This document shows, piece after piece, positions 53,795-63,468 of a DNA stretch of 64,000 nt (the first letter of the stretch is position 1; every line of letters begins with the position of its first letter). Both the position numbers and the translations under genes were made by a program. This DNA comes from an uncultured delta proteobacterium (GTDB taxonomy: Bacteria; Desulfobacterota; Binatia; DP-6): positions 1,440,001 to 1,504,000 of the forward strand of contig CAWFFN010000009.1 of assembly GCA_963815115.1 (NCBI GenBank), in the 5' to 3' direction. The notes below the pieces were generated by a model. It worked only from the letters and a program-made list of their open reading frames with translations. It did no database searches and was not told the origin of the DNA.

Positions 53795-54101
53795 CCGCTA
53801 GTCGAGCGCCCGATCCAAGAGACCGTCGCCGATGCGGCCGTTCAAGCGACGCGGTGCCGAGCTCGCGCTGTCTCTCCACGATGTGTTCGACCCCTTCGCA
53901 CAGTCCGCCGTACTCGATTGCGCGCAAGGTGGGATGAGTATGGGCTCGCCGTGTGTGCGGCTGAACCAAGGATGGGCACAGAGCAGTCAGTCGTGTTCGT
54001 GAGCGGAGAGTCCCGAATCGTCGGCTAGCACGAAGCGCTTCGCCACGGCGCCGCCGCGCACGGCATGGCGGCTTGGCCGTCGCAAAGTCACGCGAGGAGC
54101 G

Positions 54102-54127
54102 CGTACAACTACGCGCGTAATTTCCGG
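54102..54127. promoter_or_regulatory. CGTA-N4-TACG array 3
   Basis: cgtacaactacg-cg-cgtaatttccgg, upstream of the ECF sigma. Confidence 0.5.
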
Positions 54128-54420
54128 AGCTTCCGGGCACGCTGTGGCGCCTGTATTCGGCTATGCAGTTTCGAAGGAGCAGGAACATGCAGCGGCGGAT
54201 GTGGCCGGTCTCTGCTGAGGACCCCAGGAGATCGGCGCGATGACCTGCGACGCATGCACGGAGCACGTCGATCTACACCGAGCAAGCTCCCCGTACACCG
54301 ATCCGTAGGCGAACACGTTGGAAAGCAAGAGGATGAGGCGTTGAAGAAGCTGATCGAGTCTCACGTTGAGGAGGAAGAGAGTCCCAATGGCGAAACCGTT
54401 CGCCTTCTGCCGGGAGACTG

Positions 54421-55056
54421 GTGCCCCGCTCGTCGTGGCCCATCCCGGGCTTTCGCGAACGCGGCGGTGGCAGGTTGAGGGGGCAGCCGGAAGTTCTTCT
54501 CGGTATCCTCCGTTCTGCGTATTCGACGACGCCGGATCCGCGCCTCGGGCCGGTGCTCGAGGACTTTCGCAAACGCTGGCTCGTCCTTGGCGGTCAGCGC
54601 TATCCGCAGCTCCGCGATGATCTGGAGGACGCGGTCCAGAGCGCGCTCCTGAAGCTCGTCTGCAGCGACAAGCTCGACACCCTGCGCGAGGCCGAGCGGC
54701 TCGAGGCGTGGGCCCGGAGCCTCTTCGTGCATACCGTGCTCGACCTGGCCCGCAAGGGGCGGCGGCACAACAGCCGCAGGACCTACGTCGGCACACCCGA
54801 GGACGACCCGGAGCACGCCCTGCGCGACACGTTGCCCGATTGGAGGCCGTCGCCCGAAGACCTGGCCTCCCACCGGGAGCGCCTCGCCATCGTGGCACGC
54901 ACGGTGTCACGACTGGAGGTCGCGCAGCTCAGGTTCGTCGAGGACCTCCCGGAAAAGGCGATTGCCACGCGCCAGGGCCTGACTCGCTTCGCTGTCGCTG
55001 GACAGCTGCAGCGCATGCGGAGGGCACTGCGGCAGGCGCTCGACGATTCGGAGTAG
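54421..55056 (+). CDS. ECF-type RNA polymerase sigma factor (start uncertain)
   Basis: Region 2 DLEDAVQSALLKL...LEAWARSLFVHTVLDLARK; region 4 LRFVEDLPEKAIA...AV...L.R.RRAL. Confidence 0.75.
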   Translation: MPRSSWPIPGFRERGGGRLRGQPEVLLGILRSAYSTTPDPRLGPVLEDFRKRWLVLGGQRYPQLRDDLEDAVQSALLKLVCSDKLDTLREAERLEAWARSLFVHTVLDLARKGRRHNSRRTYVGTPEDDPEHALRDTLPDWRPSPEDLASHRERLAIVARTVSRLEVAQLRFVEDLPEKAIATRQGLTRFAVAGQLQRMRRALRQALDDSE

Positions 55057-55318
55057 GACGAGGGTGATCGTGATAGCAGCGGGTGGGAAGTCTGGAGCTA
55101 CCCTGACGCCGGCCGTCGGCGCCGAAAGCGCAGCGAGCCCGTGCCGAAATGGCGTGGCCGCTGCGATCAGCGTGCGGGGGTGTCTCTGCTGGATCGGAGA
55201 GCCCTGCCGTAGCCGACAGCGTGGGGCTTCTCCCACGCTGTCGGCGAGGCCGCTCGGGGTGGGGGTGGGGTGCGGTTCGCTGTTGACAGCAGCCTGAGCC
55301 CGACTGCGAGGCGCAGCA

Positions 55319-55519
55319 TCAGCGTAGAGCCAACGTCCGCGCGAGCCACCTCGAGATGATGAGGGTGCCGCGATCGCCGGCCTTGGTGAGATCGGTCCCA
55401 TAGCGGATCTCGGTGAGCGGGACCCAGACCTTCTTGCGCTCGACCAAGCAGAGGAATGCCGTGCCGACATCGCGAATGACGTCGACACTTCGAAAGATCG
55501 CCCTCGCGTGACCTGACAT
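55319..55519 (-). CDS. Small hypothetical protein (66 aa)
   Basis: GGAGG RBS; V.VIRD.G.A.LC....KKVWVP..EI..G......GDRGTLIISRWLA. Confidence 0.6.
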   Translation of the reverse strand: MSGHARAIFRSVDVIRDVGTAFLCLVERKKVWVPLTEIRYGTDLTKAGDRGTLIISRWLARTLALR

Positions 55520-55592
55520 GACGCCTCCCGCGCTGTTCGCTACATCCGTGCCGCCGAGCCGTATAGCGCGTGGGCGGCGACCCGAGGAAGCC

Positions 55593-55632
55593 CGGGATAC
55601 TACGTACGCCTAGCTACGTACGTAGTATCCCG
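55593..55632. repeat. Perfect 16-8-16 inverted repeat (CGTA-N4-TACG array 4)
   Basis: cgggatactacgtacg-cctagcta-cgtacgtagtatcccg. Confidence 0.8.
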
Positions 55633-55750
55633 CGGCGTGGATCACGCCAGCGTGCGCGGCTGCGTCCGTCGTGACGGGGTCGCGAGCTCGACCACGCAGT
55701 CGTTCTGCGGACTCGCGGACGGCAGCGCCTTGGCCGGCTTCTCGATCACA

Positions 55751-57574
55751 TCAATCGGGCCAGGGGAACTCGTCGAACGGATAGTCCGCGCAGCCTCGTG
55801 CCCCGGCGCTGGCGTACTGCTCGCGGGTGAATCCGCGCGACCACGTCGCGAGGGAGCGGAAGACGCGGCACTTGTCGCGCTGGGTCGGCAAGCGCGGATC
55901 GGCGTCGATGGCCGCGATCACCGACTCGCGAGTGACGCCGTCCGACGACAGCCGCGAGCCGCCGCCGGCCGGCGTGTCGAGGACCAGGTAGCGCGCGCCG
56001 TCCCGCCACGGCAGCCACGCGGGATCGGCGCCGTCGCGCCCCCGACCGGGATCGCCGGTCCGGGCGAACGCTGCCCAGTAGCCCATCATCTGGGCGGAGA
56101 GCGCTTCCCGTCCGGCCTTGTTGTCGTCCGTGAAGAGGCGATTGATGTCACGGCCGAGGTCGAAGTGTCCGAAGACGAAGGGCACGTCGAAGAAGTGCGC
56201 GGCGCCGATCATCCGCGAGAAATCGGACCCCAGGAGGGTGGGCTCCTCGTCCCAGTCGAAGCGATAGACGAAGACGGGCTCGCGCTGCGACGTGCTGAGC
56301 GCCTGCGCAGGCTCGTCCGCACCCGTCGCCTTCCACCATCGCGCGTGGTAGTCGGCGAAGATCTCGTACGCGGCGGGATCGCGCAATCGCGGCACGAGGC
56401 CGAACCACCACCGGACCAGGGCCGGATCGCCGAACATGAAGAGCTTGTTCTCGTCGCGCGTCGTGCCGAGCATCACCGGCACGTGCTGGTGAGACTCTCC
56501 GCGGCGGAGCGCCGCGAGGCCGTCGCCAGCCGGTAGCACGACCCCGTCGGCGAACACCTGGGGCAAGTCGATCATCTCCGAGTTGTAGTCGGGCGGGAAC
56601 GCGCGCAGCACGTCGATCGCCGGCCGCGCCCGCAGGTAGCGTGCGACCTCCTCGGGGGACATCGCCGCCAGCCGCGCCTTGGCCGCGGCCCGGTCGCTCG
56701 CCGTGCCATCGGCCATCAGCATGTGGACGAGCGCCTCGCCCGACGCGTGCGGCTCGCTCGGCACGGGGTCGTCGACGAAGCCCTCGGCGGTCGCCGGCGC
56801 GTCGAGCTCGACGCCGCCGCTCTGGACGATGGCGCGGTGGAAGAGCCCGCGTGCCGGGCGGGCGACGAGGAGCGCCACCACGTCGCGGCCGCCCGCCGAC
56901 TCGCCGAACACCGTGACGTTGCCCGGATCGCCGCCGAAGACGGCGATGTCGTCGCGCACCCATTCGAGGGCGCGGATCTGGTCGAGGGTCCCGAAGTTGC
57001 CCGAGCGGTCGAGGTCGGTGGCGCCGTCGCCGCGCAGCGCCGCGTGCCGCAGCCAGCCGAAGGGGCCCAGCCGGTAGTTGATCGTCACGACGACGACGTT
57101 CTCGCGCTCCGCGAGGTTGCCCCCGTCGTAGGTGCCTGCGTGCCCGACGGAGTTGCCGCCGCCGTGGATCCAGACCATCACGGGAAGCCGGCTGGCCGGC
57201 GTCGCCGCGCGCGGCGCGTAGACGTTCAGGAAGAGGCAATCCTCGCTGCCGGCCGGCTCGAGACGCCTGACGTCGGTGATCCCTCCGAGCGGCCCGGCGT
57301 ACTGCACGCAGGGGGACCCGGCGGCCAGCGCCTCGCGGACGCCGTCCCAGCGCGGCGGCGGCCCGGGCGCGCGCCAGCGCAACGCGCCGACCGGCGGCGC
57401 CGCGTACGGGATGCCGAGCCAGGTCGCGTTGCCGTAGCGACCGACGAAGCCGACGACCTCACCACTGGTGGTCGTGCGACGGAGCGACTGGTCGGGTGTC
57501 GGGCGCTCGGTGGCACGCGATCCACACGCGGCGAGGAGCGCCAGCGACACGAGGACGGCGGCGAGCGAGCGCAT
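55751..57574 (-). CDS. Type-B carboxylesterase, lipoprotein
   Basis: LLAAC lipobox; GIPYAAPPVGALRW, SEDCLFLNV, WIHGGG, FGESAGG, GTTRDE, GAAH. Confidence 0.92.
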   Translation of the reverse strand: MRSLAAVLVSLALLAACGSRATERPTPDQSLRRTTTSGEVVGFVGRYGNATWLGIPYAAPPVGALRWRAPGPPPRWDGVREALAAGSPCVQYAGPLGGITDVRRLEPAGSEDCLFLNVYAPRAATPASRLPVMVWIHGGGNSVGHAGTYDGGNLAERENVVVVTINYRLGPFGWLRHAALRGDGATDLDRSGNFGTLDQIRALEWVRDDIAVFGGDPGNVTVFGESAGGRDVVALLVARPARGLFHRAIVQSGGVELDAPATAEGFVDDPVPSEPHASGEALVHMLMADGTASDRAAAKARLAAMSPEEVARYLRARPAIDVLRAFPPDYNSEMIDLPQVFADGVVLPAGDGLAALRRGESHQHVPVMLGTTRDENKLFMFGDPALVRWWFGLVPRLRDPAAYEIFADYHARWWKATGADEPAQALSTSQREPVFVYRFDWDEEPTLLGSDFSRMIGAAHFFDVPFVFGHFDLGRDINRLFTDDNKAGREALSAQMMGYWAAFARTGDPGRGRDGADPAWLPWRDGARYLVLDTPAGGGSRLSSDGVTRESVIAAIDADPRLPTQRDKCRVFRSLATWSRGFTREQYASAGARGCADYPFDEFPWPD

Positions 57575-57597
57575 GCGACGGGATGGCGTGCGGCGGC

Positions 57598-60500
57598 CTA
57601 GCTGCCGCCCACCCCCGCGACCGCCGTTGCCTCCGGCTCGCCTGCCGGCGGCTCCGTCTCCGCGGTTTCCTTGCCGCCCCCACGCAGGTGCTCGACGACG
57701 TAGAACGAGACCGGGATGATGAAGATTGCGATGAAGGTGGCGGCGAGCATGCCGCCCATCACCCCCGTGCCGAGGATCCGGCGCGAGACGGCGCCGGCTC
57801 CCTGGGCGGTCACCAGCGGCACCACGCCGAGGATGAACGCGAACGCGGTCATCAAGATGGGGCGCAAGCGCAGCCGCGCCGCGCTCAGCGCGGCGTCGAC
57901 GACCGACTTTCCCTTGTCGTACTCGTCCTTGGCGAACTCGACGATCAGGATGGCGTTCTTGGCGGCGAGGCCGATCAGCATCACCAGGCCGATCTGCGCG
58001 AAGACGTCGTTGTCGAGCCGTCGCAGCCAGAGCGCCGCGAAGGCGCCGAAGACGGCGATCGGCGTACCGAGCAGCACGCTGAAGGGGAGCGACCAGCTCT
58101 CGTACTGCGCCGCCAGGATCAGGAACACGGCGAGCAACGAGAGCCCGAACACCACGGAAGACGGGACGCCCTGCGAAGCCACCTTCTCCTGGTACGACAT
58201 GCCGAAGTAGTCGAATCCCATCTCGGACGGCATCGTCTGGTGGAACACCTCCTCGAGGGCCGCCATGCCCTGGCCGGTGCTGTATCCGGGCTTCATGCTG
58301 ACGTTCAGGAAGACGCTCCGGTACTCGTTGTAGCGCACCGTGAACTCGGGACCGTAGGTCGGCTCCATGTCGACGAGCGAGGACAGGGGCACCGGATCGC
58401 CCTTCTGGTTGCGCACGTAGAACAGACCGATGTCCGACGCCTGCGTCCGGTAGTCCCCTTCCGCCTGTACGTACACCTGCCAGGTACGTCCGAAGCGATT
58501 GAAGTAGTTCACGAAGGCGCCACCCATGAACGCCTGGAGGGTCTTGTAGACCGTGGTCAGATCGACGCCCTGCTTGAGCACCTTGTCGCGGTTCACCCGG
58601 GCGAAGTACTGCGGCGTCGCGGCGATGAAGGGGGTGAAGACCGATGCGAACTCGGGGCGCTGGCGAACCGCGGCGATGAACTTGTTGCTCTGCTCGGCGA
58701 GGAACGGCACGTCGGCGCCGCTGCGGTCGGAGAGGACGAAGCTGATGCCGCCCGCGGTTCCCACGCCCGGGATCGCGGGGGGCGAGAACGAGATGGCGAT
58801 GGCCTCCGGTAGCTCGCGAAGCCGGCCGTTCAGCCGTTGCATGATGACGTCCGCCGTGAGGCCCTCGGGCGTGCGCTCGTGCCACGGCTCGAGCGTGACG
58901 AAGTAGAAGGTGCTGTAGGTCGTGTAGACCAGGCTCAGCAGGCTGAAACCGACCACCGTGTTGAAGCTCTTCACTCCCGGGGTTTCTTTCAGGATGCCCT
59001 CGATCTGCTTCGCGACCACGTCGGTGCGCTGCATCGACGCCGCCTCGGGGAGCTGCACGTTCATGTAGAAGTAGCCCTGGTCCTCCTCGGGCACGAAGCT
59101 GGTCGGCAGCCGCGAGCCGAAGAACCCCGCCAGCGCGGCGATGACCGCGAGCAGCACCATCGACAATCCGGCCTTGCGGATCAGGTGGTGACACCAGGCG
59201 ACGTAGCCGTCGGTCGCGCGTCCGAACACGCGGTTGAACCAGCGATAGAACGCGCCGAGCGGTCCGCGGGTCTCCGACTTGGGCTTCAGCAGGAGGGCGG
59301 AGAGCGCCGGGCTCAGCGTGAGGGCGTTGAAGGCCGAGATCACGACCGACACCGCGATGGTGACCGCAAATTGCTGGTAGAGGCGCCCCGTGATGCCGGG
59401 GATGAAGGCGGTCGGGACGAAGACGGCGGCCAGGATGATCGCGATCGCGATGACCGGCGACGAGACCTGCTCCATCGCCTTGAAGGCCGCGTCCTTCGGC
59501 GACAGCCCTTCCTCGATGTGGTGCTCCACCGCCTCGACGACGACGATGGCGTCGTCGACCACCAGCCCGATCGCGAGCACCAGGCCGAAGAGCGACAGCG
59601 TGTTGATGGAGAAGCCGAGCAGCGGGAAGACGGCGAAGGTGCCGACCAGCGACACCGGCACGGCGAGCAGCGGGATCAGGGTGGCGCGCCAGCCCTGCAG
59701 GAAGACGAAGACGACGATGATGACGAGGACCAGGGCCTCGAAGAGGGTCTTGACGATCTCCTGGATGCCCTCGCTCACCGCCAGGGTGGTGTCGAGCGAG
59801 GTGACGTACTCGACGTCGGACGGAAAGCGCCGCTTGGCCGCTTCCATGAGCGCCTTGGCGCGCTTCACGGTGTCGATCGCGTTCGACCCCGGCGACTGGT
59901 AGATGGCGATGACGGCCGCCTCGTCGCCGTTGTAGCGCCCCTTGCGGTAGTAGTACTGGGCGCCGAGCTCGATCCGTCCGACGTCCGACATGCGCACGAT
60001 CGAGCCGTCCGGGTTGGCGCGCACGACGATGGCGGCGAACTCCTCCGGCGTGACGAGCCGCCCCTGCGCCCGGACCGTGTAGGTGAACTCCTGCCCCGGC
60101 GGAGCGGGCTCCGCCCCGATCTGCCCCGCCGGGTTCACGGTGTTCTGCTTGTCGATCGCAGCCAGGATCTCGGAGATCGTGATGTTCAGCTTGGAGAGGG
60201 TGTCGGGCCTTACCCAGAAGCGGAGCGCGTACTGACCGGCGCCGAAGATCGTCACCTGCCCGACGCCCGGCACACGCGTCATCGGATCGTTCAGGTTGAT
60301 GTAGGCGTAGTTCGAGAGCCACTGGGAGTCGTAGGTGTGTTTCGGGGAGAAGACGGAGAAGAGCGCCAGCGGGCTCGTCGTGCTCTGCAGGATGGTGACG
60401 CCCTGCGCCCGCACGTCCTGGGGCAGCTGCGACTCCGCCTGCGAGTAGCGCATGTACGACAGGACCTGGTCGATGTATGCATCCGACGTGACGTCGAAGT

Positions 60501-60777
60501 CGATGCGCAGCGTGCAGGAGCCGTTGCTGGCGTTCGTCGAGTACATGTAGATCATCCCCGGCACGCCGCTCATCTGCTGCTCGATGGGCGCGGACACCGC
60601 CTGCTCGCAGGTGAGCGCGTCGGCGCCGGGGTAGGTGGCGGAGAGCTGGATCTCGGGCGGTGCGATGTTGGGGTAGAGCGAGATCGGCAGGGACAGCATC
60701 GAGACGATGCCGATCAGCGTCATGAGGATCGCGATCACCATGGCGACGATCGGCCGGTTGATGAAGAAGCGGGACAT
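57598..60777 (-). CDS. HAE1 multidrug RND permease (AcrB/MexF-like)
   Basis: MSRFFINRPI, INTLSLFGLVLAIGLVVDDAIVVVE, LTLSPAL, GLAAKNAILIVEFA, LRLRPILMT. Confidence 0.95.
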   Translation of the reverse strand: MSRFFINRPIVAMVIAILMTLIGIVSMLSLPISLYPNIAPPEIQLSATYPGADALTCEQAVSAPIEQQMSGVPGMIYMYSTNASNGSCTLRIDFDVTSDAYIDQVLSYMRYSQAESQLPQDVRAQGVTILQSTTSPLALFSVFSPKHTYDSQWLSNYAYINLNDPMTRVPGVGQVTIFGAGQYALRFWVRPDTLSKLNITISEILAAIDKQNTVNPAGQIGAEPAPPGQEFTYTVRAQGRLVTPEEFAAIVVRANPDGSIVRMSDVGRIELGAQYYYRKGRYNGDEAAVIAIYQSPGSNAIDTVKRAKALMEAAKRRFPSDVEYVTSLDTTLAVSEGIQEIVKTLFEALVLVIIVVFVFLQGWRATLIPLLAVPVSLVGTFAVFPLLGFSINTLSLFGLVLAIGLVVDDAIVVVEAVEHHIEEGLSPKDAAFKAMEQVSSPVIAIAIILAAVFVPTAFIPGITGRLYQQFAVTIAVSVVISAFNALTLSPALSALLLKPKSETRGPLGAFYRWFNRVFGRATDGYVAWCHHLIRKAGLSMVLLAVIAALAGFFGSRLPTSFVPEEDQGYFYMNVQLPEAASMQRTDVVAKQIEGILKETPGVKSFNTVVGFSLLSLVYTTYSTFYFVTLEPWHERTPEGLTADVIMQRLNGRLRELPEAIAISFSPPAIPGVGTAGGISFVLSDRSGADVPFLAEQSNKFIAAVRQRPEFASVFTPFIAATPQYFARVNRDKVLKQGVDLTTVYKTLQAFMGGAFVNYFNRFGRTWQVYVQAEGDYRTQASDIGLFYVRNQKGDPVPLSSLVDMEPTYGPEFTVRYNEYRSVFLNVSMKPGYSTGQGMAALEEVFHQTMPSEMGFDYFGMSYQEKVASQGVPSSVVFGLSLLAVFLILAAQYESWSLPFSVLLGTPIAVFGAFAALWLRRLDNDVFAQIGLVMLIGLAAKNAILIVEFAKDEYDKGKSVVDAALSAARLRLRPILMTAFAFILGVVPLVTAQGAGAVSRRILGTGVMGGMLAATFIAIFIIPVSFYVVEHLRGGGKETAETEPPAGEPEATAVAGVGGS

Positions 60778-60794
60778 GGGATCGCGGTTCCGCG

Positions 60795-62021
60795 CTATCC
60801 GGACGTCGGCGCGGCCGGCGCGGCCGGCTTGCCGGCGGCGTCTTCGACGTAGGGTTTCGCCTGCACCTTCACCCCGTCGCGCACTTTCTGGAGGCCCTCC
60901 ACGATCACCCGCTCGCCGGCCTTGACGCCGTCGGTGATCACCCAGAGCGCCTCGTATCGCGGCCCCACCTTGACGCCACGGATCTGGACGGTGTCGTCTG
61001 GCTTCACGACGGCGAGCTGGTAGCTCCCCTGCACCTCCTGCACCGCTCGCTGGGGAACCACGAGGGCGCCCGTGAGGGTCTCGGTCACCGCCCTGATGCG
61101 GGCGAACTGTCCCGGCCGGAGCAGGTTGTCGGGGTTGTCGAACAGGGACTCGACCTGGATGGCGCCGGTCTGGGTCTCGACCTGCCGGTTCACGGCCGAT
61201 GGCTTGCCCTGCCGCGGATAGACGTCGCCGTTGGCGAGGATCAGCTCGAGCACGGGCGCGGTGCTGGCGTCGCCGGTCCGGCGGAAGCGCTCGATGCCGT
61301 CGGCGAACTTCAGGTACTCCTGCTCGCTGATCGGGAAGTAGACCTTGATCGGGTTCACCTGCGACACCGTGGTCATGACCGTCGCCGGCGAGATCAGATC
61401 GCCGATCTGGGCCTGGGTGATCCCGGCGACTCCCTCCACGGGCGAGTTGATCGTCGTCCACTCGAGGTTCAGCCTGGCGGCGGCCACCGCGCCCTTCGCG
61501 GCTTCCACGGCTGCCTCGTTGGCGCGCACCTCCTGGACGGTGTCGTCGTACTCGCGCCGGCTGACGGCGCCGACCGCCACCAGCGGCTGGTACTTGGCCT
61601 CGTTCAGCTGACTTCTCGCCAGGTTGGCCTTCGCCTGCGCCAGGTCGCCCAGGGCCTTGTCGAGGTCGGCCTGATACTGGCGCGGGTCGAGCTTGTAGAG
61701 GAGCTGACCCGCCTTGACCGTGGACCCCTCGCGATAGCCCTTGGTGAGCAGGTAGCCCTGCACCTTGGCCCGGATCTGCGCGTTGATGTAGCCGTCGGTG
61801 GTCCCGACCCACTCGGAGTGGACGGGAACGTCCTGCTTGCCGACCTCGATGACCCGGACGTCGACCGCCGGCGGCGCGGGCGGAGCCGCCTTGGTGCATC
61901 CCGAGGACCCGAGCGCACAGGCGAGCGCGAGCGCAGCGGCCAGCCCCGAGCTCTGGGGTCGACGCGTTCGCGGCCGGCGCCTCCCTGCTGCCAGCCCAGC
62001 CCGAAGGCGCCTTCCCGCCAT
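60795..62021 (-). CDS. RND membrane fusion protein
   Basis: Lipobox SSGC; IRAKVQGYL...YREG..VKAGQLLY, INSPVEG, NPDNLLRPGQF. Confidence 0.92.
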   Translation of the reverse strand: MAGRRLRAGLAAGRRRPRTRRPQSSGLAAALALACALGSSGCTKAAPPAPPAVDVRVIEVGKQDVPVHSEWVGTTDGYINAQIRAKVQGYLLTKGYREGSTVKAGQLLYKLDPRQYQADLDKALGDLAQAKANLARSQLNEAKYQPLVAVGAVSRREYDDTVQEVRANEAAVEAAKGAVAAARLNLEWTTINSPVEGVAGITQAQIGDLISPATVMTTVSQVNPIKVYFPISEQEYLKFADGIERFRRTGDASTAPVLELILANGDVYPRQGKPSAVNRQVETQTGAIQVESLFDNPDNLLRPGQFARIRAVTETLTGALVVPQRAVQEVQGSYQLAVVKPDDTVQIRGVKVGPRYEALWVITDGVKAGERVIVEGLQKVRDGVKVQAKPYVEDAAGKPAAPAAPTSG

Positions 62022-62293
62022 CTGCTGAATCTAGCAGCAAAAGCTCGCCGCGGACAAATTCAGGACGCTCGTCCGATGGGCTGGGTCGCAGCCGACTCCT
62101 CATCGTCGGCTCGAGGGCGCCGGCGCTACGTGTCTGCAACGAAGGCAACCTCTGACGTTCCCATTCCCGCCCGTCTCCCCCCAAGATCGATTTTTCGCTT
62201 GACACTTTACCATCGTTTGTCGGAGTCAAACTGGACACGGATACGGGGGCAGGCCGTCCAACCGCTCCGCGAGGAGCGACCATCGGAGGGGAC

Positions 62294-63370
62294 ATGAGAG
62301 ATCATCGGAAGCTGTTCGTCGCCGCCACCTTCGCCGCCGCGATCGTGCTGCCGGCGGCGCGCCTGCTGCTGACCCGCGTCGTGACGGGCGTGGCCGGGCC
62401 CCGGGTCGCCTGGGCCGTCCTCGCGTGCGGCAACGGCACCATCGAGGCGGGAGAGGAGTGCGATCCGCCGGGCAGCGTCACCTGCCCGCCGGGATCACCC
62501 GCCATGGCCTTTCTCGCGTGCACGGGCAACTGTACCTGTCCGACGACGACCACGACGACGACCAGCACGACCACCACGACCCTCCCGCCGCTCGACCACT
62601 TCGAGTGCTACGAGATCAAGCCCGGGTTCTTCGTGAACCAGCAGGTGACGGTGCAGGACCAGTTCGGCACGATCAGCGAGCTGCTCCGGTTCCCTCACCG
62701 TCTCTGCAACCCGACCAACAAGAACAACGAGGGCGTCCACGACCTGGCGGATCACCTGGCTGGCTACGTGATGAAGGCGCCCAAGTTCACGAGGATCGCC
62801 AACCAGACCATCACGAACCAGTTCGGGACGACGCTGATCGACGTCGTGCGTCCCGATCTCTTGATGGTGCCGACCTCGAAGGACGGCGTGCCGATCAGTC
62901 CCCCGCCGGTTGACCACTTCCAGTGCTACAAGGTGAAGCGCTCGAAGGGCGCGCCGAAGTTCACCAAGCGGACGGTGAGCATCGCGAACCAGTTCGAGAC
63001 CATGACCGTGACCGTCGTGAAGCCGGTCAGGCTGTGCGCGCCCGCCAACAAGAACGGCGAGGATCCGACCGCGCCGAGCCACACGGAGCACCTCCTGTGC
63101 TACAAGACGAAGGGGGCGCCGTTCGGCCAGTCGATCCACACGATCGACAACCAGTTCGGCCACGACACCGTGAAGGTGATTCACCGCCGCGAGCTGTGCG
63201 TCCCGTCGCTCAAGAATCCGCCGACCACGACGACGACGACACACACCACCACCACCACCACGAGCTCGACGTCCACGACCTCGACCACCGCCAGCACCAC
63301 GACCACGACGACCATGTACGGCTCTCCCAGCCGGGCCTTCCTCGAGGAGGTTCCGTCGCTGCTCGAATGA
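62294..63370 (+). CDS. Secreted protein with Cys-rich motif, three H..CY/.QFG/LC.P repeats and Thr-rich tail
   Basis: CGNGTIEAGEECD; DHFECYEIK...DQFG...LCNPTNK repeated; poly-Thr; C-terminal YGSPSRAFLE. Confidence 0.8.
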   Translation: MRDHRKLFVAATFAAAIVLPAARLLLTRVVTGVAGPRVAWAVLACGNGTIEAGEECDPPGSVTCPPGSPAMAFLACTGNCTCPTTTTTTTSTTTTTLPPLDHFECYEIKPGFFVNQQVTVQDQFGTISELLRFPHRLCNPTNKNNEGVHDLADHLAGYVMKAPKFTRIANQTITNQFGTTLIDVVRPDLLMVPTSKDGVPISPPPVDHFQCYKVKRSKGAPKFTKRTVSIANQFETMTVTVVKPVRLCAPANKNGEDPTAPSHTEHLLCYKTKGAPFGQSIHTIDNQFGHDTVKVIHRRELCVPSLKNPPTTTTTTHTTTTTTSSTSTTSTTASTTTTTTMYGSPSRAFLEEVPSLLE

Positions 63371-63381
63371 GCTGACCGCCG

Positions 63382-63421
63382 GGCGCGCCCGGGGCCTCCC
63401 GAGGGGAGCCCCGGGCGCGCC
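63382..63421 (+). terminator. GC-rich hairpin after the secreted protein gene
   Basis: ggcgcgcccgggg(c)ctccc-gag-gggag-ccccgggcgcgcc; no U-tract. Confidence 0.5.
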
Positions 63422-63468
63422 GGGTCCGCGGTTGACACGCGCGGCGCCGGCCGGTGTAACCGCGGCCG

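Noticed and set aside
53800-54380. ORFs 53727..54266 and 54065..54478
   Set aside because: No family motifs or convincing RBS; the region looks like regulatory or decayed sequence upstream of the ECF sigma.
57575-60322. 1523-aa ORF suggesting a giant esterase fusion
   Set aside because: The upstream part is an Arg/Gly-rich alternate frame of the RND gene; the esterase starts at 57574 with a lipobox.
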